NCBI RefSeq assembly: GCF_006345805.1
Contig: NC_042998.1
Coordinates: forward strand, 201,686,001 to 201,750,000
DNA: 64,000 nt
DNA from: Octopus sinensis
Lineage: Eukaryota
Reading direction: 5' to 3'
Positions 11,487 to 25,476 of the stretch are shown here, one piece after another. A program made the translations under genes and the position numbers. Below the pieces are notes generated by a model. That model worked only from the letters and a program-made list of their open reading frames with translations. It was not told the origin of the DNA and searched no databases. Numbering within the stretch: position 1 is the first letter of the stretch; each line of letters begins with the position of its first letter.

Positions 11487-12169
11487 AAATTCCTCTATTT
11501 ACATAATATTGAGGTTTCTTTCTTTCTGTTGTTATCTTACCGTTTTTACCAATATATATATATATGGTGAGGTCAATGCACACACACACACACACACACA
11601 CGCTGAAATATATACATGGACGTGACATGAAGTGTGTAGTGCGGTTGTAGTTCACTGTTTGTTCATTACGTATATAATTCTGAAGGAAAGGAACGTATTA
11701 TGTTGATATAACAGATACTAAGCTTAGATATTTGTACCTCCAGCTTAGTAACACTGTTATACCCCATGTTCTTGGATAATCTCCATCTGCCAGGCAGATT
11801 CAATACAACTTTCAATAGCTTTCATTTTTAGAATGATTCAACGTTTCATTGACTTACACTTAGCCTTACGTACGTGAGTATGATATAAGAATTGCAATCG
11901 TTTGTTGTTTTGGATGAAGCTGCCTTGACAGTCTTCACTTGGAAATTTTGCCTCGTGCTGTATCTTACAAATTAATAACGTTTTTCCTTTGAAATCGGAT
12001 TTTGTTTCGATGCTGATAAATTATTTGTTTCTGAAGTATATTGAAAGGAAAATTAGTGATACCGAAATTAACTCTAAATCTATACGAAGCAAACAAAATA
12101 GAGTATATTAAAGATGTCATTTGTTGTTTTCATTTTGTTTTATTATCAGAATTTTTTTTTTATTATTCG

Positions 12170-14033
12170 CTTTGAAATTTCCCCTCTAACTCCCTTTTTC
12201 ATTGTCCTTCCATCCATCCATATTCTCCATCCACTCTACCTTGGAAATGAATAGTGTTTTCAGGAATCTCTTACTAAGTTCTAACAGAAGTAACCGCCAT
12301 TGCACTGTCTGGTTGGATTTGTGTGTCCAACCAAAACCATGTATATTGTACAACACTCTTGCTTTTGATTCATCACTAAGTCTACTTGCGATTGGCTCGA
12401 ATTCAAGAAACCTTCATTCCTATAACATCCTGTCTTATTTTCATAATGCTGGGACCAAACCATTATAATGCGGAGAAGTAGCAGCTTGACATAATGTTTC
12501 TCTCATCTTGAGCAACGCACCGTCGGAAGGATCTCATTTTTGTATTCGATATTCGATATCGTACTCTTTTGGTCGTTACTCAAAATTCATAACCATAGGT
12601 TCCCACAGGCAAAAAGAAAAAGGAAACAAAAACCGAATCAAAGAAGCATGTTTAACTTTTATCAGGATCTCGTATTCCAAACATTGACTGCTGGAACTGG
12701 TGCATTATTGTACCATCTCCTACTGTTCTAGCATCCAGTTCAGTCTCCGGATTGCCATTGTTCGTGAATACGGCCGCGAGGTACTTAACATTCTATTGAA
12801 GGCTTTTAATTCTTCCCAGACCGAATTTGAAATTTCCCAGCGGATTCGTTACATTATATTTTTGAGCGCTCTAATAATCAGCCCTGTAACAGTAATTATT
12901 GCCCGTAGATGCACTAAGTGTCTTCCTTGAGATTTAGGAGTTCAGCAAAGGACACTTTTACCTGTTGAGAGAACTTCTCTCTTAAAAATAGAGTCGGAAG
13001 AGGGCTGGTTGCTACGAAGCCTGGGGTTTGTCTGCCAGAATACTTTTTTACAGGATCTATACTCAGATTCTAGCTTAACCCCCAGAGTCCTTCCATGACT
13101 TAAGCTTGGTTATTTTAACTATCTCTGCTGCAAGTTGTCACGACTGTGTATCGCCTAAGCGAGGAGTTAGACTTAAATTAATTCAAGTTGTTTGCGTCAC
13201 CTTTTTTTCTTCAGATGACATCTTTACATTCGTGGTTATACCAAAGCACCCACTTACTACTCTAGTTTGTAGAAAACTACGTTTGGATCAGTTGAAGGCA
13301 CAATGTTTGGTATGTATGTACGTCTTCCAGAGAATGAAAGAGTTCCTACCGATAAGAAATTCGATCCGTGTCCTATATCCCAAAACATAAAAGAAATCCC
13401 TTTTCCAGCACAAAATTCCAGTAAGGCTTTTTTTGCATTGAGTTCAGGGCTTCTATTCTTCTTAAACATTCCTTTCCATGCCCACTGATCTGTGACAACA
13501 TATCCATTGACGTCTCATTTTAAAAGAAATAACTCGGTCTTAAATACATCTAAAGTTGCAATGACATCGTCAAGAACGGATTTGTACTTGGGCTAGACTT
13601 TTGTTGCATATACTTGCAACATCTACAGTGGTACTTCCTCCAGGCTATGCTTCGGGATGCAAAAACGTCCAATATAATAGTATCCCCTATTTAACGCAAT
13701 ATGAGAGCTGGAGCTTGTGAATACGTTCGATTCCACACATATAATTAGCCGCACAACTGTATAGCTGCGTTTCAGTCTTTCGTCGAAATCTATGATGCCA
13801 GAGCTAGTTAGCTTTGTAGAAGAGACAGCATTTATATCTTGCCAGTGGGGCTTGGCTTTCTTCCCTATTTCCTGCTCGTTACCCATAAGAGATGTGATAT
13901 TCGAATTCTTAATATCTAAAGGCTGTTCACCCCGGACGCTTTTCCTTAGGTCCAGGACACGCATTTTTTATGCTACGACATCATGCGTCCTAACACAGCA
14001 ATAAGAAGGCAAATTCGTATATCAACACTTTGC

Positions 14034-14035
<2 letters not shown>
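12170..14035 (-). mobile_element. Highly degenerate RTE-clade LINE (Expander/Rex3/BovB-like) RT and C-terminal region
   Basis: Minus-strand frames give NVKYLAAVFTNNGNPETELDARTVGDG (12721-12792; cf. FKYLGVLFT..G..E.EID.R), GTYGYEF*VTTKRVRYRISNTKMRSFRR (cf. TYGHELWVMT.R.RSRIQAAEM.FLRR) and GKASGVNSL (cf. GKAPGVDEI). Many stops and frameshifts. May extend to about 15110. Confidence 0.65.
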
Positions 14036-14089
<54 letters not shown>

Positions 14090-15599
14090 ATTCTCTCTGT
14101 CTTTATTTTTCTATTTATCTCTTTCTAAGTTTCTTTCTCTTTCGCACACATACATACACTTTTCCCCCCATTCTCTCTTACTGATAATACCATTTTATGC
14201 CGCCCGGAAGTGGAAGCGGTATTTTGGCCCTACAAATCATCAGCTCTTTGACCATCTGTAGCGTTGAAATACGCAGTTAACACATCCTAGCTACCACTCA
14301 AGTCATGCATAGATATCATCCATCTAATGTGTTCACATTGTGATTCTTTTAAGCAACGCTTGGTCCCCAAATATCATTCTCCTGTAAATCGATGTTCTAC
14401 TTGCCTTCACATCCAGCAACGCCAAAAGTTATGCACATGTCTGGGGCTTTCATTTCTCAATAAATTTAACTGCCTATACATTCGAACATCACATTGTAAA
14501 TTTAAAGTCATTCCATGAACCGAGACATTGACTCCCTCTTTCATTGTGTCCGTATCCACTTCATCTGTTCACAGCAAATGTTCGGAGATTGCTTATATGA
14601 AGAAACCATACACTGATGTACACCGCCACTAAACTTTTGTGCTACTCAGCAAGACCTATTGCAATCTATAAATGCTGAACCAATTTGTAAATGAGAGCCT
14701 TTGTCGAAGAAAGCACATACATGCGAAGAGCTTGGACAGCCTCAGAAATATGGACCATCACCTTGAAGACCAAAGTGTTTTCCAGTTTCCCATCGCTGCT
14801 GAAACTCTCCAAAGGTCGAGAGCGGTTACATACTGAACTACTCTTCCTACAGCGGCAGCTGTGCCTGCTATGCATTCGGAAATCTTGACCGTATCCTGAA
14901 AAGCCTACTCGGTTTATTAGCATTTAATAACTTAGATGAACGACCCAGTTTCTGACCCAAATGCACAATGTTTCCTCTCAGTGTCTTTACTACCGCAAGC
15001 AATTAAATGGCTTCTGTTTCACGGAACCAACTGGTCTTCAATCGTCACCACCCTTACACGCCCAACCCCAGTGCATTTCCAACACTCATCGCTTTTGATG
15101 TCCTCCAGATTCCGCAAATAAATCAAGAGGAGCAATAACACATATACACTCACATATAAACTTGTAAGTACAGACATACACACATACATATATACGTGTG
15201 TGTGTGTGTGTAAGCGTGTAATGTATTTCGCATAATATCTCCTTGTTTTCCCACTGTTATGTTAAAAAGATTTTCCTTAATATCATGCTTTGGGATATGT
15301 CACAATTTTATGTACATTGGAACGTGACCATTTAGTATCACATCAATGGTTGTTCGTCGCTTGATTAGAAATTTTCATCAAACAATCATACAGTCGCAAG
15401 AAAATTGTCACTTTTTTGTGCGATATCTGCCTACAACATCGAGTAGGTCAAGTGAGCTCGTAGTCGCTCTAATATCTGCAGTCATGGGAGAGTCTAAGAG
15501 AAAATTGTTTATAAAATTTTCGTTCTGCATATTTATGAGATACTATCTGCAAAAATCGATTAGATTACTTCAAGTTTTTTTTTTATACTGAAGACTGCA

Positions 15600-15990
15600 A
15601 GAACTAGGAATAACATGTGTCATTGTTAGAAGCCAGACTGTCCATAGATATGGCATAAAGTAATGCTTGAGTAGTCAACAGCGTATTCAACTTGGTATAG
15701 ATGTTAGCCCTAGTTTCTAAAAAAGAAGTTCACCGGTTACCAGAGCAATACCCTTAACCTCAAATTCAGCTGGCTATAAGTGACTGTATCCCTGATAATT
15801 TCATTTACAGGTAGTGGCTGAAATACTAGTTGAGAAGTAACCCCGAGGTTTTAAATGTAACTGATATACGGAGATCAGGTAGGATAGATCTAGTTTAGAC
15901 AACATACATAAAACAGAAGTCTCAAAGGATATAGTTTCGGATTTGCTTATGGATAATTAGGATATCGATCTAAGTATTACATCTCCAAAA
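15600..15990 (+). mobile_element. Possible degenerate RTE RT-domain fragment
   Basis: KTEVSKDIVSDLLMDN resembles the RTE segment KTKV....I.ELL.ADD; weak match. Confidence 0.3.
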
Positions 15991-16504
15991 AAAATTATTT
16001 TTCAATTTTCTATTAATTAAGACGACAGGAATAAAGATGAGTTGATATGTTAAGTACCAGTAATACAAGTAGACACAATTCAACCTATTTCATGATGTAA
16101 ATTTAAACAATCGACAGTATTATCTAAATACAATTATTAGCAGTTTGTTATTTCATCTCATAAACATTAGGTTTTATCGTTCGAGAATTAGCATCTATGC
16201 ATACCATTATATATATTTAAAGAGATACGAAAGAAGACTGAGACGTTTTTGAAACTTGCTGTTTCCTGTGAAGTTTTAGTGCTGTTAATTTGAAGCTGAT
16301 TATAAATTTATTTTGCATTGGTGATGTGACATTTACATTTTATGAAGTCGATGAGAAACATCAACGCACATCATCCGCCACCCTACACACACACACACCG
16401 CGGATACAGTCATATAGACACTTGCTCAGACGCAAAATCACCCATAAATACAAACACACGCTCACGCACAAGCATAGACGTATACGTACGCACACACCGA
16501 AGCA

Positions 16505-16514
16505 TTTATGTGTA

Positions 16515-16578
<64 letters not shown>

Positions 16579-16856
16579 ATGTATATATATATATATGTAT
16601 GTATGTATGTATGTATTATATATATATATATATATATGCATATACATATATACATATATATATATATGTATGTATATATGTATGTATATGTACACATACA
16701 CTTATACATGTGTGCGTATATGCGTACGTGTACATACATACTTACATAAACACACATACACACATACACACATAAATATATATATATATATTATATATAT
16801 ATATGTGTGTGTTTGTGAATGAGAGTGTGCGTGTGTGTGTACACATATATGTAAGT

Positions 16857-16896
<40 letters not shown>

Positions 16897-16900
16897 GTAC
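16505..16900. repeat. Compound (TA)n/(TATG)n/(CA)n microsatellite
   Basis: Direct inspection. Confidence 0.9.
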
Positions 16901-18167
16901 AATCTATCAAATGTTTCTTTGCATTATATATTAATTTATTGAAAAAAGTGAAATAAATGATTAATAGTTTATACAAGCAAATCGTTTGATATATTTGTAT
17001 CTATTTGATATTGTTGATCTTCGAGTTTTAAAGAAGAAAAACTTGAAAATAATCAAAGCAATGTTTTTTTTTTCCTTGAAATATGACGGAAAAAATCAGG
17101 AAGAAAAAGCATTACGTTATACATATATTTAAAGTAAAACATAAGCGCAATATATAGACACAGACAATATTTAGTTAAACCAAAAAGGTGTTTTTATATA
17201 TTATTCACACTAGCTACATAATCTTTTTAATCAAAAATTCATAGTGTTCTCTGAGTGTAATTTGGATATTCGTACGAACATGTTTGGATTACGTTAAGTC
17301 CCTTTTATTGGTTTGACTAAAGCTTATGCGTTAAGTTACAAGGCGTAAGCCTCTTTTTTTCACACAGTTTCATTTCTTAGAGTGTAGGATTTAAATTCAG
17401 TGAAACAGCTTCTCATAAATAATGTGACTGTTCACATATATACAAACTTGATTATTGAAATATTCACGTTTATGATGTGTATAAAAATCAATATGAATCA
17501 AAATGTAATATTATTACAATACGTAGGAATTATATGAAACAACGACGTACATATTTTTGTTACAGTATAGCCTTCGACTTTTTATCCATGAACTGGTTAG
17601 ATATACAAAACATTAAACTGCGCCGTGTGTAAAGTAGCTTATGAAACAGCATGATATTCCCGTGGCCTCTGTTTTGTATGGTAATGTGAAGTCAACCACT
17701 TTTCCGACCAAATTATAAAAACAAGTTCCGTTTTTGGATTCGGTTTGCAAGATTCTTTATATGAGTTCGTGTGTTGAAGCATATTCAACAGTCAAGACTA
17801 TTGAAGAGTCAAGAGTCAATATTATTTAAAAGGTTGCAAGACGCAACGAAAATTTTAGAACAATAAAAATGAGAAAAATATGTGGAAATGTTACCGGTGA
17901 GTTTGTTAAATAATAAGGCACAAAAAGAAAATTACTCTCCCCAGACACAATATAAAAAAAGTGTTAAGATTTAAACATTCGTAAAACGATATCACAAAGG
18001 GTTCCACACAAGATTCCACAAATACTCGTAGATTAATCTGTGTATCGTCAAGTTTAGATTGTATAATTTAAGTGTAAGAAATCTACGGACCAAAATTATA
18101 TATTTTATAGTTTGCCAGTCATTTATTGAATGCACATAGGATATATCCAGTATATTATTTTCCTGAC

Positions 18168-18402
18168 GAAAGGCGGTGAGCTGGCAGAATCGTTAGTACG
18201 CCGGGCGAAATGCTTAGCGATATTTCGTCTGCCGCTCCGTTCTGAGTTCAAATTCCGCCGACGTCGACTTTGCCTTTCATCTTGTCAGGGTCGATTAAAT
18301 AAGTACCAGTTACGCACTGGAGTCGATATAATCGACTTAATCCGTTTGTCTGTCCTTGTTTGTCCCCTCTATGTTTAGCCCATTGTGGATAGTAAAGAAA
18401 TA
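18168..18402 (+). mobile_element. tRNA-derived SINE, family E long tail (E1), with 14-bp TSD
   Basis: TSD ATTATTTTCCTGAC at 18154-18167 and 18403-18416; head GGCGGTGAGCTGGCAGAATCG. Confidence 0.9.
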
Positions 18403-18935
18403 ATTATTTTCCTGACAATAGCTACATCCCTTACATTAGTGCGAAAATGAAATATATTTTCCATATACCACACAGATTATGCATTTAAACTTATATGAAA
18501 AATATATACTGAAATCATTGTGTATTGTAAACCAGAATTGAGATTCTCTTGCATGTATATCAGATGGTATTTAATGTGGTGTAAAATCTTTATGTTAACA
18601 ACCGTCGTATTTAATCCTCAGACTATTTTATATAGACAAACAAGAGAAAATGTCATTATTCATTTCGATAGTAATCTATTGGCACGTCGTTTTGGGAGAC
18701 ATCAAGAATAAAATTTAGATGTAACGTATTTCTTTGCCATCAAAAGTAAATGCCTCCAAAATATATTTTCCTATTAACACTCTACACGTAAATGTTAAAC
18801 ATCCCTTTAAAGTTGGAAAATAGTTTTTAGAATGTTATTTCTTTACTTACTTTAAATAATCACAGCAAGGGATTCATTAAATTAAGGCATATCGAATATG
18901 AAATGATAAAATGTTGGAAACATCGTAGTGTGTGT

Positions 18936-19812
18936 GTGGTGTCAAAAAGTTCGCGGACTAGTTTTGTAGCGCGCCAAAAGATGGCATCAAACGGTTGCAT
19001 GCGCTGAGAAAACTTGCAGTGACCTTCATGACGCTGTGTTTACTTTGCAAGTTGTAAAATTTTAGTTTTTGTGATCACGTGTATGCTGTAATCTGTGGTT
19101 TTGTCATGGGCAGGAAAATATTACAAAGGGCCAATGTGAAATTTTGCATTAAACTTTGGAGGTCTGCTACAGAGACATTGATCATGCTTTGGCAGAATTA
19201 CGGCGGCGAGGTAATGGGTCGTACGCAATGTTTTAAGGAGCACAGATTCTTCAAAAGAGGAAGAACGTCCCTGGAAAGCATGAGCGATCTGGCAGAATTG
19301 GCAGGAGCTTCACCTCCGGAATTCTGGAGAAAAGTATTCAAGTTGTGCATGAGGATCGTCGGAGAACAACCAGCGATAGAGCTGACGTTTGAATTGATCA
19401 TACAGCGTGTCTCTGCCTAGTTTGACCCCTGCTTCCTGACCACAGAAGAGACAGAACATCGTGTCCAAGTCAAGATCTCAGTCAACGTGCCGCTGATGAC
19501 CTATCCTTGATGTCGGGGATCATCGTCGCTATTGGGTTTACAAGTACGACCATGAGACGAAGCAGCAGTGTCCACGTCCTAAAAAGGCATGACAAAGCTG
19601 TTTTAAAACCGTTGTTGCGATCAAGAGCGAATCGTAGAATGTCCTCGACTCGTTTACGGAAAAGGACTCCCAGGCTGGATTCGAAAAGTGGCAGGAACGC
19701 TGAGACCGGTGTATTACTGCGTAAAATGACAATTTAGAAGGAGGTAATTTTAAAACTTAGGTAACAAGTTATTTTTTTATTACATGTAACTAGTCTATGA
19801 ATTCTTATATGT
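18936..19812 (+). mobile_element. Internally deleted mariner (Tc1/mariner) transposon remnant
   Basis: QRANVKFCIKLWRSATETLIMLWQNYGGEVMGRTQCFKEHRFFKRGRTSLE matches the mariner N-terminal HTH region; QDLSQRAADDLSLMSGII follows. Left TIR GTGGTGTCAAAAAGTTCGCGGACTAG has a degenerate right counterpart CTAGTCTATGAATTCTT at about 19790-19812. Confidence 0.75.
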
Positions 19813-20063
19813 AAGAACGACTACATCGAAAAGAAAATGAGGCTTATTATTCCTGGCTTTGGTGAACGTATCTTTAACTTTGACCAGGAGGATTCTATAA
19901 CATTAACCTGTGGCCCTTTGAGTGTTTTAAATTTGAACCGTAACACCCTTCTTTCAATTGGTCGGCAGTCGTGGCCAAAACACTACGTATCATTGCCTTT
20001 TTGTTTCACAATTAGCTGTAAGACAACCTTTCTGCTGTCTCTCATACGCTGCATACAACTACC

Positions 20064-20109
<46 letters not shown>

Positions 20110-20639
20110 ATGTATTCTAGTGGCTGCAAGTATATCCAAACCGACTGAGCTTGCATTCATTACAGCTAATCTTGATTGGTTACAACTGTGCCTTCTTTCT
20201 CTTCTCCCTGCAATTCTACTTATGTTTTGTGTACTTGGCGCAACACCTTTTAACGCTTCGTTGCAGCCGTCTTCCCGCAGGACTGTGATTTTGATTAGAT
20301 TTATCTTCTTTTCTTCCCTAAATCATAAAACTCAGTTCGTGTAAAGGAAGTGGGGAAATCGATGTCTACAACTTAGGTCCACTTTTACATCCAGTGATAT
20401 GCATGTTGTCATAAATATTATCGTCGATTTTGCTCTGCTGCGGCTTTTCGTCTTCCCGCAGAAACTTATGTGATGATGTTGTTTTTCCCTGCAGTGGTGC
20501 ATCTTGTGTATTTCATACACAGAGATCCGAGAGAGTGTTGTGAAATACTTTTCATAGCAACATCGGTATCTCGTTTAGGTGAATGAGATTTTACACCCTG
20601 AATTGATAAATACGAGAGTTCTTTCTTTCACCTCAATGC

Positions 20640-21050
20640 CCCCAGAATTGGTTCACACTCATGCCATGTCGGTGCTGGTTTCGAAGTTGCAGGAGGATGC
20701 CATGCCTCACTCATAGCAGTAATGAGACTTGGAAAGTCTCTATCCTCCATAGATATATCGACGGGATCTACGCCTTGAAGAAGTTACAATTGATCAAATC
20801 TTTCTGAGACACAAACTGCACTGCTTTTGACATTCTATTGTCTTACGCCTGAGCCGTTATTTTACCTGGATCATGTCAACCTTTTCCTTGGTATCTGCAT
20901 TCCACCATTGTTGGAAAGTGAAAGAACCGAGATACTGACCTTTTGCTCATCCTGAAAGCCTTGACATTCAATCGACCTCAGCCAATTGTCTATTTGTTTG
21001 GCAGCCTTGGTAATGTTACGCTTGTCAATGAGTAAATAATTTAATCCCTT
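20640..21050 (+). mobile_element. Possible degenerate RTE/RTE-X C-terminal fragment
   Basis: FRSCRRMPCLTHSSNETWK..IDGIY resembles FRACVES.LLYGSETW...LDG.Y; weak match. Confidence 0.3.
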
Positions 21051-21361
21051 GATAGGGTAGTTGATTGGTTTTTCCTCAATCTATGGAACAATGTAATCTT
21101 GTATTGCTTCTTGATTCTCTTTGCATGTTTGCCTTTCCTGATCATCATTTGTATAGGATTCTGAAGTTTAGATTTCTTCCTTTTGTAAACTATAAACATA
21201 GACGCATATTGTCTCAAACATACATGCGTTTCTGTCGTCTAGTATTTGAGGAAGTCCATTCTTAAATATGCTACCAATATTGTCACAGAATATCATTCAT
21301 CTCTCATCGCAATGCGTGATGTAAAGCATTTCTTCATTCAAACCCCGAGATATATTACCCT

Positions 21362-21513
21362 TTCTCTCCTTGTTTTTTCTGTGTCCCTTTCTGTAGAAGA
21401 GCTTAGGCTCGAAACATAAAATACTTTTTCTATTCCTGAGCGTTATACTAATGCATCTGTTTGTTTTGTACACCACCTGTCATCGTCTTCCGTTTTTTCG
21501 TAAACTCTCCCTG
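21362..21513 (+). mobile_element. Hammerhead-bearing mini-element, family PB copy 1, with 11-bp TSD
   Basis: TSD TATATTACCCT at 21351-21361 and 21514-21524; degenerate HHR CTTT-CTGTAGA-A-GAGC-TTAG-GCTC-GAAACAT at 21387-21417; homologous to 41425-41610. Confidence 0.7.
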
Positions 21514-23069
21514 TATATTACCCTAACCTTTTTGCCCCAAATGATATCGTTAGACTAATAATATTTGTTTAAAACACTGGTAATTCAACTCTATTAAACG
21601 GGGTTCTGTTCTGTCTATCAATGATATCCGTTGTTTATTTTCTCCTTAATATGTACATGATTGATATCTGCGCAAGTTCTGGTCGACCTCTGTTAACATA
21701 AACTTCGCATAATTTTACGCATTAGTATAAAGCGCTTAGGTTGAATATCATAAGGAATATAAACGACAAAATAATTATTTTCAGAAAAATGACTACATGT
21801 AATTTAGAACACGTTTAAACTTCTAATATTGTCCTTTCTATGATCTTCCGATGCGGTAGAAAATTTTGAAAATTTGTGATTTTACAGTTTGCTGTGAAAT
21901 TATTTTATATACATATCCTGCAAACGAAATCTGGTAATATTATAAAACACAACTTAATATAAAAATATATCGTAGTTCTACATGTGTTATTTAATTTCTA
22001 TTTATGGTGCAATGAATTATTGCACTTATGCGTGCATATTCCTGTTTCCCATTCGTCTTTATATAACTTTCAGATGGTAGTTTATTTGAACATAATTAAT
22101 GATTCGAGTGCGCATTGACAGAGCAGATATGTAGCATTTGTGCAAGTGATCAAAGGCACCTCTTTCATCTACCTTCGATCTCTCTCACTGGAACAAGCGT
22201 AGCGTCCGTTATATCGTTAGATTATCGTTTGAACGAGGAAAAATATACATATCATCTATGAAGTAGCGTTGCTTTCAACTCCGCAACATTACAGCATTGG
22301 AAAAATATTAATACCTGCAATTTCCTATTTAATTTAATTTCAACAGCTAACGATGCTGAATATTTGGTTTTTGGTTCTTACAATATTCAGTCTTGATGAT
22401 CTATACAGAATATTGATCATGAAAGTTTTATCAATTTTAAACATTTAACATACAGCTCAATAATGAGCCCCTAGAAAGTCCAAAGTTAATTCACTCTCTT
22501 CTATGAAGCAGTAGGTGGAATCTCTTAAATCCTTGTGCAGCAGAAACCTAAATAACAGATGCCAAGCTATATATATTTTATGTTCTTATTATGGGATTTC
22601 TGATTTCAAATGTAAGATTTCAAGAAATGCCTGATTATGACTTATAAATTTTATTTCTAAAAGATCACAACACTGCGAATGGAGAAAAAGCAGTGTTAGA
22701 TAAGGATTGCAAGTAATACTTATGTCGCTATGCTTTTCCTATCTCCAGTCTGTTCATGAGTTCGTAGTCTGACGAATTATGTCCTTATTGTATAATCGAC
22801 ATAACTGCATCTAATTAACACAGCACTATCCAAGCCTCAGAAAAATATATTAAACTATACTATAATTGATATCGTCATAAAATTTTTGTTTTAACATTGT
22901 GTAAGATAACTTCAGATACGATTTTGAATTCTTTCCTGGCTACTCTAAATCATTTTAGCTAGAAACAATATGCTTAGAGCGTCCAAAATATCTATTGCTC
23001 TTTAAGGTAGGAGAATGAAATTTTACCTGGTTTTGCACATTATATGTCGTAACACAAGCGACGACGCAA

Positions 23070-23231
23070 AGTAGATTGCATCGACCCCAGTGCGTAACGG
23101 GTACTTAATTTATCGACCCCGAAAGGATGAAAGGCAAAGTCGTCCTCGGCGGAATTTAAACTCAGAACCTAAAGGCAGTCGAAATACCGCTAAGTATACC
23201 GGCGTGCTGACAATTCAGCCAGCTCGCCGCC
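23070..23231 (-). mobile_element. Family E SINE, 3'-truncated
   Basis: Head and central domain match the 18168 copy. Confidence 0.8.
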
Positions 23232-24379
23232 TACTCTTATTTCGTATTGCAGCTATCACGTGCAATAACTGGTTGCGCTAATCAGCGGCTTTTACGGAAG
23301 CAGTGATTTGCACAAATACAAACTTGTGACCTGTTCAGATATGCTTCAGTCATATTCGAACTCGTAACAAAGATATCCCCTGTATTTTGTCACAGAGAAA
23401 ATTTCTCGCTATAAACAGATAGGTGTAAATGTATTGAATGAGTTTGTATTGACGCAAACTAGACTGCTGTACGCGTGCATTTCAGAGTGATATACTATTG
23501 TTTGTATATTTCCTTTCAGTTTCACCGTTAAAATATATTTGCATTATTATCTCTCGAAGAATGGGGTTTAGCCTGGTTATATATTTACCACATAAGTCAC
23601 ATATATCATATCATGCATTGATAGTGTGTGAACTTAGATGCCGCTGACATTACAGTAAATTATCAATACTTAAGTTATGCGAATTCGTAATCCCAGTTGA
23701 CTGTAACTACCAGATTTGTTAATTGTGTAAACAGATTGGATGCTTGTTTATATGGTATATGATGGAGACATATCTGATATGAAACCGATAAGGTTCGAAG
23801 ATAGGATGTTCATCATGTCTTTAAATCCACAGAGAAAAAGTTAAACCTGCCCTGTTTATATAGCTACAAAATATATCTTACATACACACACATACATAAA
23901 CAAAAGCACAAGCACACACATATATACATATGTATGTATATATGTATGTATGAATGCAAGTGTGTATCCATGTGTATATACATTGTCACATATGCAAACA
24001 CATACATATATATGTGTGTAAGTATAGGTATGCATCCATGCGATTGCATGTATGCTTATGTTCATGTTAGACGTATATCAACGTTCAGTATGTTTACCTA
24101 TTTAGCATTGTACGCTAGAATTGACTGTTGCGTCCGTATCTTTTAGCTACTTATTATCCACTATTGATCAAATAAAAGTAATATGACTTCTGACATATTA
24201 TATGAAAGGTTATCTTTACCCAATAACACAGAGTTACATACGAAAAAAATACTTAGTCATTTCTTTTATTTAAGATAAAGAAAATTTGTCAAACTTTTCA
24301 CTATAGTATGAAGTAATTTCTTTGACATCTGAGCGCCGTAGTTATGTTTGTCGATAACGTAGCGCCTTCCGAAATTCAT

Positions 24380-24702
<323 letters not shown>

Positions 24703-24911
24703 CGCTAATCCAAACATGAAAACACAAAGAGAAAACATAACGCGAGGACGTGGAACAGATATGGTATTATGGGCGCTCAGGAAGGAAGGGAAGAAGGAGG
24801 GTTTAACGGTTCGACCGGAGCTCTTCGTCAGAAACATAGGAAAGGGAAAGATCCAGAGAAGGGAAGGCGGGGTAAAAATCGCCAACGGTACACACGCGGT
24901 CACATTTTGAA
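24703..24911 (-). mobile_element. Hammerhead-bearing mini-element, family PA copy 2
   Basis: HHR at 24801-24835 on minus strand: GTTT-CTGACGA-A-GAGC-TCC-GGTC-GAACCGTT-AAAC; (TA)n on both sides. Confidence 0.75.
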
Positions 24912-24967
24912 TATATATATATATATATATATATATTAAATAATTAAATAAAATACAATGTATATAT

Positions 24968-25132
24968 ATACAAAATAAGAAAATGGAGAAACACATCTTA
25001 ATCAATGATCAACTACCAGATAATATCAGATAATTAAACCACTACGTAGGGGTTTAATAAATTATGTGATTGGGTATTATCTGGTAGTTGATCATTGATT
25101 AAGATGTGTTTCTACATTTTCTTATTTTGTAT
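24968..25132. repeat. 58-bp inverted repeat formed from the 3' end of a Penelope-like element
   Basis: Arms 24968-25025 and 25075-25132 are near-perfect; the same sequence occurs at about 56260-56345 as the end of the element carrying the 56505-56640 HHR. Confidence 0.8.
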
Positions 25133-25300
25133 TATTAATTTGTGGTAAAACATTTTACCTTTGCCCATATAATACAGTAAATGAATTAATTGCATCGCAG
25201 TTCTTAACATTTATGTATTAGTTTGTAGGGTACTTCACTAGCAGAATATTGGATATATGTTATCCCATGGAGGGTTGCACTCACAACTCCTATCTCAATT

Positions 25301-25336
<36 letters not shown>

Positions 25337-25433
25337 GCTTACTGTCAGTTTTTCGAAATCAGTGGCAGACGTCACTAGAAAAACACATATATTTGCAAGG
25401 CGGCCTTCTCTTTCATTGCGACCTGGTGGTTAC

Positions 25434-25476
25434 CGCCCGTTGACAAGGGACACAAATCCCGAAACTAGTCCGAGCG
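25434..25476 (+). ncRNA. Minimal type-I hammerhead ribozyme motif (two core transitions) in a long stem
   Basis: CGCCCG-TTGACAA-GGGA/CACAAA/TCCC-GAAAC-TA-GTC-CGAGCG: helix I 5 of 6 bp, helix II 4 bp, palindromic helix III (ACTAGT), GUC triplet ending at 25470. Confidence 0.75.

Noticed and set aside
12202-12468. ORF containing TLAFDSSLSLLAIGSNS, resembling the tomosyn/Lgl WD40 motif ALAFDP...LLAIGT
   Set aside because: It lies antisense to a degenerate RTE element with several independent motif matches; there is no further WD40 similarity and no splice support.
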